DNA from: a virus
Taxonomy: Duplodnaviria; Heunggongvirae; Uroviricota; Caudoviricetes
Length of the DNA stretch: 64,000 nucleotides
Strand: one strand, 5' to 3'
IMG/VR virus record: IMGVR_UViG_3300027963_000034
Coordinates: 1 to 64,000 of that record
Shown: in pieces, positions 15,864-26,279 of the stretch
How positions within the stretch are numbered: the first letter of the stretch is position 1
Layout: every line of letters starts with the position of its first letter
The notes under the pieces: generated by a model
Databases searched by the model: none
What the model was told of the DNA's origin: nothing
What the model saw: the letters and a program-made list of their open reading frames with translations, nothing else
Position numbers and translations under genes: made by a program

Positions 15864-17390
15864 TTATAATACCATCCTACTACCTATCTGAAAATTACTT
15901 AAAAAATTGGAAAATGGTTTAGTATTACCACTCAATTTGTAATTAGCAGAGAATCCAAATCTTTTACTAATTTTATAGTCAAATGCGGCACCTAATAAAA
16001 ATCCCATATGTCTATTGACAGTTGAAACACCAGTTGCACTATTATAACTTATAGGTGCAAACATTGTAAATACCTGTGGTGATATTGTAAGTTTTTTATT
16101 ATATTGATATGGTTTAGTCCAAAATACAATTGCCGAACTTGCCATATTGTATTCAAATCCACCCGTATTATCGTTTTTAAGGAATAGATTGATTACACCC
16201 ACATTATAACCATATGTTCCTTTTTTTGCAGTTGGTTTGATATATGTATATCCCAATAAGTTCATATAGTTTCCTCCCAAATATGCAATTCCCGTTCCGT
16301 ATGAATGTATTGCATCTAATTGTCCATCTTCGGTTAATCCCATCTTTGTTATACCACCCGTCATTACAATTGAACTTAAATTACTATTCACCATCAATCC
16401 TGCACTATAACTTACATCACCTGCTAGGGATGATTTACTAAGTCCTAATGATATAGATGCTAAAAAACTACCAGGAGTAGCTTCCATAACACTTACATCC
16501 GATGCTAATAAAGTTGGATTTGATGCTTCTTGTTTTTTCTTTTTTTCTTCCTTCTTCTCCTCTTTCTTTTTTTCCTCTTTTTTAGTTTCTTCCTTCTTCT
16601 CCTCTTTTTTCTCCTCTGATTTGGATTCTTCTTTTTTTTCTTCTTTGCTTTCCGATTTAGTTTCCTCTTTTTTTTCTTCTTGCTTTGTTTCAGTTTTCTT
16701 TTCTTCCTGTTTTTGTTCGGTTTTACTTTCAGTTTTAGCTTCTGTTTTAGTTTCGGTTTTACTTTCGGAAGATGAACTGCCCCCACTTTGTGACGAAGAT
16801 GAAGATGAACTGCCCCCACTTTGTGACGAACCTCCACTTGCCGGTGGTGATGAACTACTACTTGCCGGTGGTGGTGCTGCCGTTGGTGGAGGTGCAGTAA
16901 CTACCGGAGCGGGTGGGGGCGGCGGAATGTTTATCGGTGGTGGTGTAGCTGCATTTGCGGCGGCTGAACTAGCTGCTGAACTTGCCGATGAAGATGCTGC
17001 TTTTGCGGCCGCCTCTGCGGCTGCTTTTGCTGCTGCATCGGAGGCTGCTTTTGCTGCAGCATCCGCGGCGGCTTTTGCTGCTGCATCTGCGGCGGCTCTT
17101 GCTGCAGCTTCTTGTGCTAATCTTATGTTATCATTTACCGGACAAGGTTCAGCGAATACTGAATTAACCCATTTTTGAAATGCTCCACTATTCATATCTG
17201 CCAATGTTACAATTTTAGATTTACCTCTAATAACTGCAATGGTTTGATTTTGTCCGAATGGAATTACGACCACATATACTTTGTTATCGCATGGGTCTAT
17301 GTAAGTTTGGGTAATAGTTTGCCCTTCTGCTTCAAATGCAGTTAAGGTTGTAACAATTATCAATAAAAGTGTTACTAACCATTTTTTCAT
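15864..17390 (-). CDS. secreted protein: Ala/Pro/Ser/EK low-complexity stalk plus C-terminal beta-barrel-like domain
   Basis: signal peptide; AAAKAAxD repeats, poly-P, SSQSGGSSS x2, EEKK repeats; amphipathic beta-rich C-terminus. Confidence 0.65.
   Translation of the reverse strand: MKKWLVTLLLIIVTTLTAFEAEGQTITQTYIDPCDNKVYVVVIPFGQNQTIAVIRGKSKIVTLADMNSGAFQKWVNSVFAEPCPVNDNIRLAQEAAARAAADAAAKAAADAAAKAASDAAAKAAAEAAAKAASSSASSAASSAAANAATPPPINIPPPPPAPVVTAPPPTAAPPPASSSSSPPASGGSSQSGGSSSSSSSQSGGSSSSESKTETKTEAKTESKTEQKQEEKKTETKQEEKKEETKSESKEEKKEESKSEEKKEEKKEETKKEEKKKEEKKEEKKKKQEASNPTLLASDVSVMEATPGSFLASISLGLSKSSLAGDVSYSAGLMVNSNLSSIVMTGGITKMGLTEDGQLDAIHSYGTGIAYLGGNYMNLLGYTYIKPTAKKGTYGYNVGVINLFLKNDNTGGFEYNMASSAIVFWTKPYQYNKKLTISPQVFTMFAPISYNSATGVSTVNRHMGFLLGAAFDYKISKRFGFSANYKLSGNTKPFSNFLSNFQIGSRMVL
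16768..16830. repeat. 30-bp direct repeat x2 (coding, Ser/Gly linker)
   Basis: gaagatgaactgcccccactttgtgacgaa at 16768 and 16801. Confidence 0.85.
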
Positions 17391-18214
17391 TACTTATTGT
17401 TCAGTCCGATTGAGATTTGAGAATACCCTCTAATTGGGTCTGTATCTACTTTTAATGTAACGAATTTGAAATCTCTTATTAGTCCGATTTTGTATGTGGT
17501 GAATGATGTGTTTGATTTTGGGAATGAGATACCACCCAAGTCATCTTTACCTTGCCATCTAATCACTTCATTACCAAATCCAATCATACCATGTATTCCA
17601 ATTTTACCAATTCTTTTACCCGCACCAACATAGAAAGTTGACTCTTTTTTCCAATCCGTTTTACTAAGTGGAAAGTCAACATTGTTAATTTGACCATATG
17701 GATAGTATTGGTTTTGGTCTATTGCATAAGTCATTACATAATCCATAATGAAATATCCTTTATTACTACCAATCAATCCCCAAAATGCGGTTTGTTTATT
17801 ATTCGTATGTCCTATACCTGCTGAAAATAATACAGGTGTTGATGCAATTGTATCTCTCCTACCATTTTCGTATATTCTAACTACACTTCTTTGTCTCCAT
17901 CCGTAGTTATCATACCAAATGTAAGGATAAGGTTGATACCATCCCCATACACCATATTGTAAACCATATGGATTGTATGTTGTAGGTCTATATCTTCTTA
18001 CTAATGGTTGTCCTTCAAAGTTGTCACCAGGTCTAATTGGTGCAGTTTGTGTTCTCCATTGACTCACATTATTTTGTTGTGATATAGATGGTTGAACTCT
18101 TGTTTGTGTTTGAGTTGTTTGTGATGAACTACTTCCACCAGTTTGTCTCCAACTTGATACTTGTGAAAAAGATATCATCGGAATAACCAATAATAATATT
18201 AATAATTTTTTCAT
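17390..18214 (-). CDS. secreted/outer-membrane beta-rich protein
   Basis: signal peptide, Y/W/P-rich segment, alternating beta strands, terminal ISIGLN. Confidence 0.55.
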   Translation of the reverse strand: MKKLLILLLVIPMISFSQVSSWRQTGGSSSSQTTQTQTRVQPSISQQNNVSQWRTQTAPIRPGDNFEGQPLVRRYRPTTYNPYGLQYGVWGWYQPYPYIWYDNYGWRQRSVVRIYENGRRDTIASTPVLFSAGIGHTNNKQTAFWGLIGSNKGYFIMDYVMTYAIDQNQYYPYGQINNVDFPLSKTDWKKESTFYVGAGKRIGKIGIHGMIGFGNEVIRWQGKDDLGGISFPKSNTSFTTYKIGLIRDFKFVTLKVDTDPIRGYSQISIGLNNK

Positions 18215-18215
18215 A

Positions 18216-18566
18216 TTATTTTAATTCATTGTGTTTAATAATTAGTTCTCCCAAAACTTCAATTAGGCCCATAAGTTCCTGAAACCCTATTTGGTCCATT
18301 TTTACTTTACCACCACACAATTCTTCCATATATCCTCTTAACTCTTTTTTAGAGGATTCTATATCAAATTCACCATTTTTTGCTTTTTCGTAATATGGTA
18401 ATTTAACTTTAAAATGATGATATGTAAGAATTGCATCTCCACCTTTTTCTTTTGAATCGTTTGTTATTTTAGTAGCACCTTCCCATCTATTTCCTGAAAA
18501 ATCTAAAAACGGGTCAAATTCCCCACCATCATTTTCTTCTTTTAATAAATCTTTTAACTTTATCAT
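18216..18566 (-). CDS. hypothetical protein
   Basis: likely start MIKLKDLLKE. Confidence 0.6.
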   Translation of the reverse strand: MIKLKDLLKEENDGGEFDPFLDFSGNRWEGATKITNDSKEKGGDAILTYHHFKVKLPYYEKAKNGEFDIESSKKELRGYMEELCGGKVKMDQIGFQELMGLIEVLGELIIKHNELK

Positions 18567-18567
18567 A

Positions 18568-19290
18568 TTATTTAGTGAATACACCTTTTTTAATCATTTT
18601 ATCTAATATATTTGCACATGCTATATCTAATGCTTTTTTAGTTGAAATACTAATAGTTGATTGGTTAAACTTAATTGGGTCTATTGTTGCATCTGATAAT
18701 AGAGTTAATTGTCTATTTGTTTTAGCTTCACCCAGTCCACTTGCTGCTATAATTGTTCCGTTTTCTGCATTTGTAAATCTAACCTGTAAACCTAAACGAG
18801 TTACCAAATTATCTTTAATACCATCCTTTAAGTTGATAGTTTCATCTTCGGATACTGAATAATCATATACCTCAATCTCCACAAAGTAATGTGCCAACTT
18901 AATCTTCCCTCTACCATCTAATTTGTTTTCGGAAATTCCAGCTGCTGATGCTTGGTATTGCTTTACCATTCTATTCTTAATCTCAGTCTTATCTTCGGTA
19001 AATTCAAATCTATTGAGGTTGTCCAAATATTCTAATACGATATTTGCAACACCCAATCCAACTCTTTTTTCTTTTAGTTCAGGGTACATTTCATATACCT
19101 CCTCACCAATACCACATTTTAGGATTTGAATATTCTTTTTAGGGCCTTCATAATCCATAAATTGAGAAATGTCTTTCTTTTTTTCAAAATCTGCTTTGAA
19201 ATCTTCTGTTTTAGTGCTTCCTATTGTTTGAGCAACACCCGCAACACTGCTTAACAAAAATAAACTTAAAAATACTAATAAATTTTTCAT
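18568..19290 (-). CDS. CsgG/HfaB-like outer-membrane protein
   Basis: signal peptide; GLGVANIVLEYL..NRFEFTE, LQVRFTNAENGTII pattern of the CsgG family. Confidence 0.65.
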   Translation of the reverse strand: MKNLLVFLSLFLLSSVAGVAQTIGSTKTEDFKADFEKKKDISQFMDYEGPKKNIQILKCGIGEEVYEMYPELKEKRVGLGVANIVLEYLDNLNRFEFTEDKTEIKNRMVKQYQASAAGISENKLDGRGKIKLAHYFVEIEVYDYSVSEDETINLKDGIKDNLVTRLGLQVRFTNAENGTIIAASGLGEAKTNRQLTLLSDATIDPIKFNQSTISISTKKALDIACANILDKMIKKGVFTK

Positions 19291-19296
19291 ACATAA

Positions 19297-20013
19297 TCAT
19301 TTTTTATATAAATATAGATTTTCATCTTTATCAATACAAATAGCACTCATATTCTCTACCCAATCCCCAGAATTAACATAGTGTTTTCCGTTTATCATTC
19401 TATCTTCGGGTTGGTGTATATGCCCACACATTACCCCATCACATCCCTTTTTGGTTGCCATAGATAATGCAGTAACTTCAAAATCGTTTATGTAGTTTGT
19501 TGCTACCTTTACACCTGCCTTTATTTTTTGCGATATAGACTGATATGGAAGCTTTCTCCACTTTCGGTAATGATTGTACCACCTATTGAGTGTAAGTGCA
19601 AAATCATATCCTATTGCCCCTATTTTGGACAACCATTTATACTTTGTAATAAATACATCAATCACATCTCCGTGAAATATGTAATACTTTTTATTGGTCA
19701 ATTCCAAAACATAATCTTCTCTAATTTCAATGCCCCCAAAATGATTGTCAATAAATTCTTGTACAAATTCATCATGGTTACCTCTTATCCAAACTAATTG
19801 AGTTTTATTAGATAACTTTAACAATTTACTGATTACTTTTGTGTGTTGTTTTTTCCACTTTGTACCTCTATTCAATGCCCACCCATCTATTATATCTCCA
19901 TTCAAAATTAGTAGGTCGGTTGGATGTTGTTCTATAAATTCTATAAACTCTTCTGCTTTACTATCTTTTGTTCCCAAATGTAAATCAGATACTATGATTG
20001 CTTTATATTTCAT
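19297..20013 (-). CDS. metallophosphoesterase, UDP-2,3-diacylglucosamine diphosphatase (LpxH-like)
   Basis: SDLHLG, NGDIID, RGNHD, HGD, CGHIH, NSGDW; start 20013 by ATGA overlap. Confidence 0.85.
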   Translation of the reverse strand: MKYKAIIVSDLHLGTKDSKAEEFIEFIEQHPTDLLILNGDIIDGWALNRGTKWKKQHTKVISKLLKLSNKTQLVWIRGNHDEFVQEFIDNHFGGIEIREDYVLELTNKKYYIFHGDVIDVFITKYKWLSKIGAIGYDFALTLNRWYNHYRKWRKLPYQSISQKIKAGVKVATNYINDFEVTALSMATKKGCDGVMCGHIHQPEDRMINGKHYVNSGDWVENMSAICIDKDENLYLYKK

Positions 20014-20705
20014 TTCCAGTAATTGTGGTGTTTTTTGAAAAATTCTGTATTGTTTCGGTTGATGTAACATTTAATACTTAATATAAACATGTAAAAAAAT
20101 CCTTTATTCTTAAATCTTCTTGCCGATGTCCATACACCTTTGGTATTGTGTATCTTCATAGTTTCTGCTTTTTGTGAAACCCAATAATCTTCTGCAAATA
20201 AGTGTGTTTCATCATATCCGCCAGTTTTCCAATATGCTTCGGTTTTCCATAATTGAAATCCACCAATTGCGAATGGTGTTGCTAACCAATTACTTAATCG
20301 TTGTTGAATATCAAACAATCTAAATATCCAATTGAATCCTACTTCGGTTTGAAATGGTACAGTCACTAAATCGGTATTATATGCTAAACATTCACCTAAT
20401 ATAAATTTATCCTGCAACATTATGTCCGCATCTAAAAATAGTATGTAGGGTGTGGTTACTAATTTACTACCTTCTAATCTTGCCTTTGCAGGAAACCCAC
20501 CTTTAATTAGTTCAATATTTAGTGAATATCGGTAGTTATCCTCCGTATATTGTAAAAAATTTAAACTATCCTCCTCATCGGAAGTATCTGCAATAATAAC
20601 TCTAGTTCCTGCGAATCCCACTTGCTTTGCAATAAATCCAATACACTCATATATGTTATCTCTTTCATTTTTACAAGGTATTACGATTGTTAATAAGTTA
20701 TTCAT
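20010..20705 (-). CDS. GT2 glycosyltransferase
   Basis: IVIPCKNE, LFLDAD, GGYDE..AED, TSARRF. Confidence 0.85.
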   Translation of the reverse strand: MNNLLTIVIPCKNERDNIYECIGFIAKQVGFAGTRVIIADTSDEEDSLNFLQYTEDNYRYSLNIELIKGGFPAKARLEGSKLVTTPYILFLDADIMLQDKFILGECLAYNTDLVTVPFQTEVGFNWIFRLFDIQQRLSNWLATPFAIGGFQLWKTEAYWKTGGYDETHLFAEDYWVSQKAETMKIHNTKGVWTSARRFKNKGFFYMFILSIKCYINRNNTEFFKKHHNYWK

Positions 20706-20715
20706 AGTAATAAAT

Positions 20716-20743
20716 AAAAAACCCCCACATTAAGTGAGGGTTT
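20716..20743 (-). terminator. intrinsic terminator
   Basis: AAACCCTCAC-TTAAT-GTGGGGGTTT-TTT. Confidence 0.75.
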
Positions 20744-20759
20744 CAATGTTAATAAATTG

Positions 20760-21035
20760 TTATCCTAATTCTTCGGTTTCGGCTTCTAATTTAGCTGCAT
20801 CATGTTCTGATTTTCGGTTAATGTATTTATCCACCGATGCAATTCCGAATGAACCCAATGTGATTACTAAAAATCCGTTGAATATGTATTCGTTAATCAA
20901 TAATGGTTTACCCATCCAGCCTGTGATAAGGTCTACGAATAGAGCAATTACCATACATCCGAATGATAAGAAACCAACTACTGATTTTTCGTTGATATCG
21001 TTGTTGTCTTTGAAAAGGTCTTTAATAAATCCCAT
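20760..21035 (-). CDS. two-TM membrane protein (holin-like)
   Basis: two hydrophobic helices, charged C-terminus. Confidence 0.5.
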   Translation of the reverse strand: MGFIKDLFKDNNDINEKSVVGFLSFGCMVIALFVDLITGWMGKPLLINEYIFNGFLVITLGSFGIASVDKYINRKSEHDAAKLEAETEELG

Positions 21036-21072
21036 AGTTTTTTGTTTTAATTGTTAATACTATGTAACCGGT

Positions 21073-21648
21073 TTATCCTTTATATTCTTCTTGTAAAAGT
21101 CCACAATTTTGACACTCCATATGTCCGTCTCCGTCAGCATCTCCCCATACATGCTCACATTGTCTATGTGCATGATGTTCAAATTCTAATTTTTCCATTT
21201 CTTGTTCATGTTCTTGTTGGTCTTTCTCTAACTCAAAATTTTGTTGATTTTCGGTTACTGCCAATCTACTTGCAGCAGCTGCACCTTGTACAAATGCGTC
21301 TGGTATTAATGGTGTAATTGGTTTGTTACTTTCTTTTATGTCATTAACACTTCCTAATGCTACACCATCTTCTTCATCCATTTTTTGAACTAACATTTTA
21401 TCCTTATCGGTATCACTAAACCAATAGTCGATAATTTTACCATAAGAACCAATGAATGCTCCTAATAACAATAATAGAAGTTCTTTCCATTCTGCTGCCA
21501 TTTTAGTTCCAACTGCAATTGCAGTGAACATACCTGCAATTATCATCATAAAACCACCCAATACCATAGCGGAGATATACCATCTTCTACTCATCATTGA
21601 GTTTAACAATTGCTTAAATCCATCCGGTGCTTGTTTATTTTCTGCCAT
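21073..21648 (-). CDS. membrane protein (holin-like) with C-terminal Cys/His motif
   Basis: LLLLLGAFIGSYGKIIDYWF; C.H.W...ECQNCG tail. Confidence 0.5.
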   Translation of the reverse strand: MAENKQAPDGFKQLLNSMMSRRWYISAMVLGGFMMIIAGMFTAIAVGTKMAAEWKELLLLLLGAFIGSYGKIIDYWFSDTDKDKMLVQKMDEEDGVALGSVNDIKESNKPITPLIPDAFVQGAAAASRLAVTENQQNFELEKDQQEHEQEMEKLEFEHHAHRQCEHVWGDADGDGHMECQNCGLLQEEYKG

Positions 21649-21736
21649 TTTGTTTACTTTGTTTATTTGCATGTGTTATTGCCCATACAAAAAATATTAT
21701 AAAAAACGATGTAACTCCAATTTTATACCAATCCAT
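21635..21736 (-). CDS. putative small membrane peptide (33 aa)
   Basis: MDWYKIGVTSFFIIFFVWAITHANKQSKQNGRK; not in ORF track. Confidence 0.45.
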   Translation of the reverse strand: MDWYKIGVTSFFIIFFVWAITHANKQSKQNGRK

Positions 21737-21739
21737 AGA

Positions 21740-22045
21740 TTACCACTTTGGTGCTTCTTCTTTGAATTCGTCTCCTTCTTTCTTTTTGGGTTTTGGTGCT
21801 GGTGCTGCTTTACCATCTCCACCTTTGTTGATGATTACAGTTTTACCTGCTGCTTGAGATTGTTGGTTAGAATTTGTAATGTTGATTACAGGAGCTGCCG
21901 TTGGGGTAGCTGTTTCTTTGTCATCTCCACCTGTTAACTTTGTTGTAAACCAACCACCTACACCCAATGTGATTGTACTCACTAAACCGATGAGTATATT
22001 CTTAATAGAACCACCGGTGCTTTCTGATTTTTCTTCGTCTGCCAT
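21740..22045 (-). CDS. single-TM protein
   Basis: one TM helix, Pro/Lys-rich tail. Confidence 0.6.
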   Translation of the reverse strand: MADEEKSESTGGSIKNILIGLVSTITLGVGGWFTTKLTGGDDKETATPTAAPVINITNSNQQSQAAGKTVIINKGGDGKAAPAPKPKKKEGDEFKEEAPKW

Positions 22046-22056
22046 TTTATTTGTTT

Positions 22057-22437
22057 TTATATTTTATTAAAATCTGTTATTCCTAATTGATTGCCATTTG
22101 CATCAAATAACGCAATTCTATATGCCGATGATGGTAATGCTGATGTATATACTTTCAATACATTATCACCCGCTTTCACATCACTTGTTGACTTTGATAC
22201 AACTCTATTAGATATGTCAAAAATTTTAATAGTCACAGTTTGTGCTATCTCACTTTTAACATTCATAGACACTTGTGATGTTACAAATGGTGATTCTAAT
22301 TTGATACCACTTACACTATTGATTGCCAATTCGGATGGGATTTGGTTTATGGGTGTAGGTACATCTACCTTTCTACAACTTAATGCCAAAAGGGTTACTA
22401 AAAATCCTAGTCCTAAAATTTTGTCAATTTTTCTCAT
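22057..22437 (-). CDS. lipoprotein with T9SS type-A CTD-like domain
   Basis: lipobox LALSC; IKIFDISNRVV..G.N..TSALPSSAYRIAL..G..DFNKI. Confidence 0.6.
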   Translation of the reverse strand: MRKIDKILGLGFLVTLLALSCRKVDVPTPINQIPSELAINSVSGIKLESPFVTSQVSMNVKSEIAQTVTIKIFDISNRVVSKSTSDVKAGDNVLKVYTSALPSSAYRIALFDANGNQLGITDFNKI

Positions 22438-22438
22438 T

Positions 22439-22783
22439 TTACTTTACTATTATGTTTGTTTTTGCTATTTGTTTCTTACTCTCGTCTTGCAATAACAGAT
22501 ATAAATATTTAATTGAAAACGATTTAGTGTAAATTTTCTTTTTATTTATACCGATTTGTCCAGTAAACCTTTCTCTTGTCAAAACCTGATTGTTTACACT
22601 ATCACCAATTGTCATAGTATAAACACCATTTTGTGTTAATTCAAATTGTATTTCTTGTCCGTTTTCAACACTACTCTCTGCAACATCAAATATTTTTACA
22701 TTTTCAGGAGGTGGAGTTGGTATAACTTCTACCTTCTTACATGCAACCAAACACAAACATAATATGAATAATATCTTTTTCAT
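22439..22783 (-). CDS. lipoprotein, paralog-like of 22057
   Basis: lipobox LVAC; CKKVEV.PTP similar to CRKVDVPTP; beta-rich, ends NIIVK. Confidence 0.55.
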   Translation of the reverse strand: MKKILFILCLCLVACKKVEVIPTPPPENVKIFDVAESSVENGQEIQFELTQNGVYTMTIGDSVNNQVLTRERFTGQIGINKKKIYTKSFSIKYLYLLLQDESKKQIAKTNIIVK

Positions 22784-23670
22784 TAAAATTGAAAGTTTGT
22801 TCCTATCATAAATAGGATTGGGTTACTCTTTTTATATCCAACTGATTCACTTAATTTATCCCAAGTTGTATTATATCTGATATTGGTATTCAATACAAAC
22901 CTCTTAGTTATCTTCCAATCAATAGATGTTCCATAATATAAGTCTAAATTGAAATCATCTACATATGCTAAATCCGATTCAGTACCATCTTTGAATACTT
23001 TGTAGATATCACTCATTGCGAATATTTGTGGTGATATGTTTACTCTCTTTGTTTTCAATGTATATGTGTACATCACCATACCCCTATAACTTATTTCACT
23101 AGATGCTGGCATCATTGGATATATTAAATCTTTAAAATTACCATTTTCATCTACCGTATATTTTCCTTCCCACTCACCTTCGTATGTTCCCCAAAATGAT
23201 TTTGATGCAATTACACTATATCCAAATGTCCCAAACTTTTTAGTTCTAAATACATCTATGAATGATAGGGTAATATCTTTTTGGAAATCAAAATCCGTTG
23301 AATAGAATGATTGTATTGTGGTTGTTCTTTTATCCGTATTTCTAGTGAAACCATATCCAACACCATAGTAGTTCCATATAGGATTTATTGATGCTGCAAA
23401 TGTATGGCCCCATTGACCATTCATAGATGATTTATGATACCCTAAATTAAGAGTAGTAGATACTTGTCTACCAATTACACCTATTGAAAGATTTGATGAT
23501 GAAAGTACATCTTTTGAAAAATTAACATAGGATTGTAATATACCCACATCGTTCCAATCATCACTTTCTCCGAATAATTCCTTTGGAGATAGCTGTAATG
23601 TATCTGGGGTTTGTGCGTTTGACACAAATGCAATTAAAACTAACGATATGATTAATAATAGTTTTTTCAT
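22783..23670 (-). CDS. outer-membrane beta-barrel-like protein
   Basis: signal peptide, aromatic amphipathic strands, terminal IGTNFQF beta-signal. Confidence 0.65.
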   Translation of the reverse strand: MKKLLLIISLVLIAFVSNAQTPDTLQLSPKELFGESDDWNDVGILQSYVNFSKDVLSSSNLSIGVIGRQVSTTLNLGYHKSSMNGQWGHTFAASINPIWNYYGVGYGFTRNTDKRTTTIQSFYSTDFDFQKDITLSFIDVFRTKKFGTFGYSVIASKSFWGTYEGEWEGKYTVDENGNFKDLIYPMMPASSEISYRGMVMYTYTLKTKRVNISPQIFAMSDIYKVFKDGTESDLAYVDDFNLDLYYGTSIDWKITKRFVLNTNIRYNTTWDKLSESVGYKKSNPILFMIGTNFQF

Positions 23671-23966
23671 TTATATAATAAATCTAATATTTTACTTTTG
23701 AATTCTCTGTAAAAAACTGATTCGATGCTCCACCCCATAAGTTCGTCTTTTCTTATCCTATATCTATATCCGTCAAATATAAATTTTTCAGTCTCAATAT
23801 CATCTATTAGATAAGCCACTTCCATATCTACTTCTTCTTCTTCTCTTCTATATTGATTATACCAACTACTAGGAACTTGAATAAAACACTTAACATTTAC
23901 AATTTTATATTTACCTGTGTGAGAGATAAAATTCTTCATCTCATTATAGTCAAATGATATATTCAT
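23667..23966 (-). CDS. hypothetical protein
   Basis: ORF in gene train. Confidence 0.55.
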   Translation of the reverse strand: MNISFDYNEMKNFISHTGKYKIVNVKCFIQVPSSWYNQYRREEEEVDMEVAYLIDDIETEKFIFDGYRYRIRKDELMGWSIESVFYREFKSKILDLLYK

Positions 23967-23981
23967 AATTTTTTTGTTTTT

Positions 23982-26279
23982 TTATTTCATTCTAATTTTT
24001 AATGTTGTTCCTGCTTTATTAACTGCATCCATAAATCCAACTGAAACCAATCCCAATATGTTATCTAATTTTGTTTTAGTTGTAAATGTAATTTTATATT
24101 CCGTTGTATTATTTAAAACACCACCATCAGTAATCAATGAACCAAAATTCACATAATCACCTTTGTCCGTTCCATAATTGGTTGGTGAACCGATTGTTTT
24201 ATAAGATACATTCATAAACTTTAACAAACTATTATCGTAATTTAAGTGTAATTGAGTTCCTACTAATTCTTGTTGTAATGGGTCTATTGTAATATATGCA
24301 TAAACACTATCACCCATTATTTCAGTTATGATTGATGCGTTGATTTCGTTTGATATTGGTGAACTCATTGTTTTAACACTCATACTACTTCTAACCGAAT
24401 TGCTTGCGGTTGTATTAATTACAGGTATTGCTGAATGTGAAAGGTTTACATCACCTCTCCAACTTACACTAACATTATATGTGTTATTAAGTGTTCCGGT
24501 ATTTAAACTGAATGGATATAAACTTCTTGTTGAGTTGAATTGTGTATTCCAATTTGATTTTGTAATTCCATCATATTCCGATTTACCATAAAGTTTCATC
24601 AAGTATGTTAATGTTGAATATTGTGTAAGTGATTCTACACCTGTTAAATGTTGTAATAATTTGTATGTATCCGTTTCATTAAATAAACCATCACCCGTTA
24701 CATCTGCGTTCATATACTGAATACCATACCCGAATTCATTACCCGTTTCATTGCCAAATAATCCACGATTTGATAATTCTTTAAATGCCAAATATACATC
24801 TGCAACACCAACAATACTACTATACAATGTGTTTAAATCCGTTTGATTTGTATATGATAAATCAATACCATGTTGTTTATATGACATTATTGGTGAGAAA
24901 GTAAATTCGGCTCTAGTTCCATACCAACCATCTTGTAATCTTAATTGTGCTTGAAATGTTGATGAAGTTATTTTGGTTGTTAAATTACCAGGCATTACAT
25001 ATGTTTTCCACCAACCACTTACACTATAAACACTAACAGGCCCATCGTATATATCAAATAATTTAATTGATGTTATATCGTTTGGAGATACTCCTGTTCC
25101 ATCAAATTCTCTTTCATCTATTAATAATTGATGCCCACCTAAATTTGCATCATATGGATTTATTATTGCCCATTCAACCTGCCCTGCCGTTGTTGTTGCT
25201 TTAACCCCACCACCACTTATCTTTAAGGTATCTAAATCATTTGTAATATCTGCTTTACCTAAACCACTTATTGCTCTTGATGTATTGGTTGTTGTACCCC
25301 ATACATTGTTTACATAGGTGTTTGCTTTTGCTGAGAATTTAGTTTCATCTACATTACCACCAAAGTCAAAATTGAATCGTGCAGTTAGGACTTCTCCGTT
25401 TGAGTGAGTTACCGAATTAGTATAAAATTCAGTAAATGTTGCATCATCTGGATTAGACCAAGTTCCATATTCAATTACATACGGATTTGAAAAATGGTTT
25501 GGTAAATCATTCCATTGAGAACCACCACCCCATTTAGTTACTGCGTAATCTTCATCACCACTATTGTTTGGTTCACCACCTGCCCAGTTATTATATTGAC
25601 CAGGAATGTTTCCGTTTGTTTGTCCGTTATTTATTTTGATTAGAGTTCCCTTTTCAGGTCCTGCATCAATTGTCCATCTTGCTTCACTTACTTCATCCGT
25701 TAATGCAAACCATATATTACCTTGTGGTACATTATTGAAAATAAAAGCATCTTCATCTGCCGAAGTGATTGTTACCAAATATCCAGTTTGACCTTTGAAT
25801 GTTGTTAATAGGGATGCTGCTCTCGCTGCCGTATAAGTTGCTCCGGTTGTTATTGGTCTATAAAAGTGTCCGTTTACACCATTGTAATAATATCCCGTTG
25901 GGTTTATAGTTGCGGCTACTGATAATACAACATTACCTCTTACCGAACCCGTATTTACTTTTAAGGATGTCAATGCGGTATTAATGTTTGCCATTGTTCC
26001 TGTAACCACCAAACGAGTTTTATTACCACTTAAAGTAAATCCACTTGCTGCGGTTAGACCTGTTGTTGTGTTTAATACGAATGTTGTACCTGATGGTGGA
26101 TTAACTAAACTGATTGATGCTAATAGAGTTGCCGTAGAACTAAATCCACTCAATACAAATCCACTTGCATCTTGCCCAGTTGTGGATGGTAAAAAAGATT
26201 TAGAGTCCGGAGCAGATACACTCTGTCCAAACCCTAAAAATGATATTAAAAGAAATAATGTAACTAATAGGTGTCTCAT
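23982..26279 (-). CDS. secreted adhesin-like protein: C-type-lectin-like, dockerin-like and C-terminal cohesin-like domains
   Basis: signal peptide; NWAGGEPNNSGDEDY..WNDL; ADVTGDGLFNETD; LVGTQLHLNYDNSLLKF. Confidence 0.65.
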   Translation of the reverse strand: MRHLLVTLFLLISFLGFGQSVSAPDSKSFLPSTTGQDASGFVLSGFSSTATLLASISLVNPPSGTTFVLNTTTGLTAASGFTLSGNKTRLVVTGTMANINTALTSLKVNTGSVRGNVVLSVAATINPTGYYYNGVNGHFYRPITTGATYTAARAASLLTTFKGQTGYLVTITSADEDAFIFNNVPQGNIWFALTDEVSEARWTIDAGPEKGTLIKINNGQTNGNIPGQYNNWAGGEPNNSGDEDYAVTKWGGGSQWNDLPNHFSNPYVIEYGTWSNPDDATFTEFYTNSVTHSNGEVLTARFNFDFGGNVDETKFSAKANTYVNNVWGTTTNTSRAISGLGKADITNDLDTLKISGGGVKATTTAGQVEWAIINPYDANLGGHQLLIDEREFDGTGVSPNDITSIKLFDIYDGPVSVYSVSGWWKTYVMPGNLTTKITSSTFQAQLRLQDGWYGTRAEFTFSPIMSYKQHGIDLSYTNQTDLNTLYSSIVGVADVYLAFKELSNRGLFGNETGNEFGYGIQYMNADVTGDGLFNETDTYKLLQHLTGVESLTQYSTLTYLMKLYGKSEYDGITKSNWNTQFNSTRSLYPFSLNTGTLNNTYNVSVSWRGDVNLSHSAIPVINTTASNSVRSSMSVKTMSSPISNEINASIITEIMGDSVYAYITIDPLQQELVGTQLHLNYDNSLLKFMNVSYKTIGSPTNYGTDKGDYVNFGSLITDGGVLNNTTEYKITFTTKTKLDNILGLVSVGFMDAVNKAGTTLKIRMK

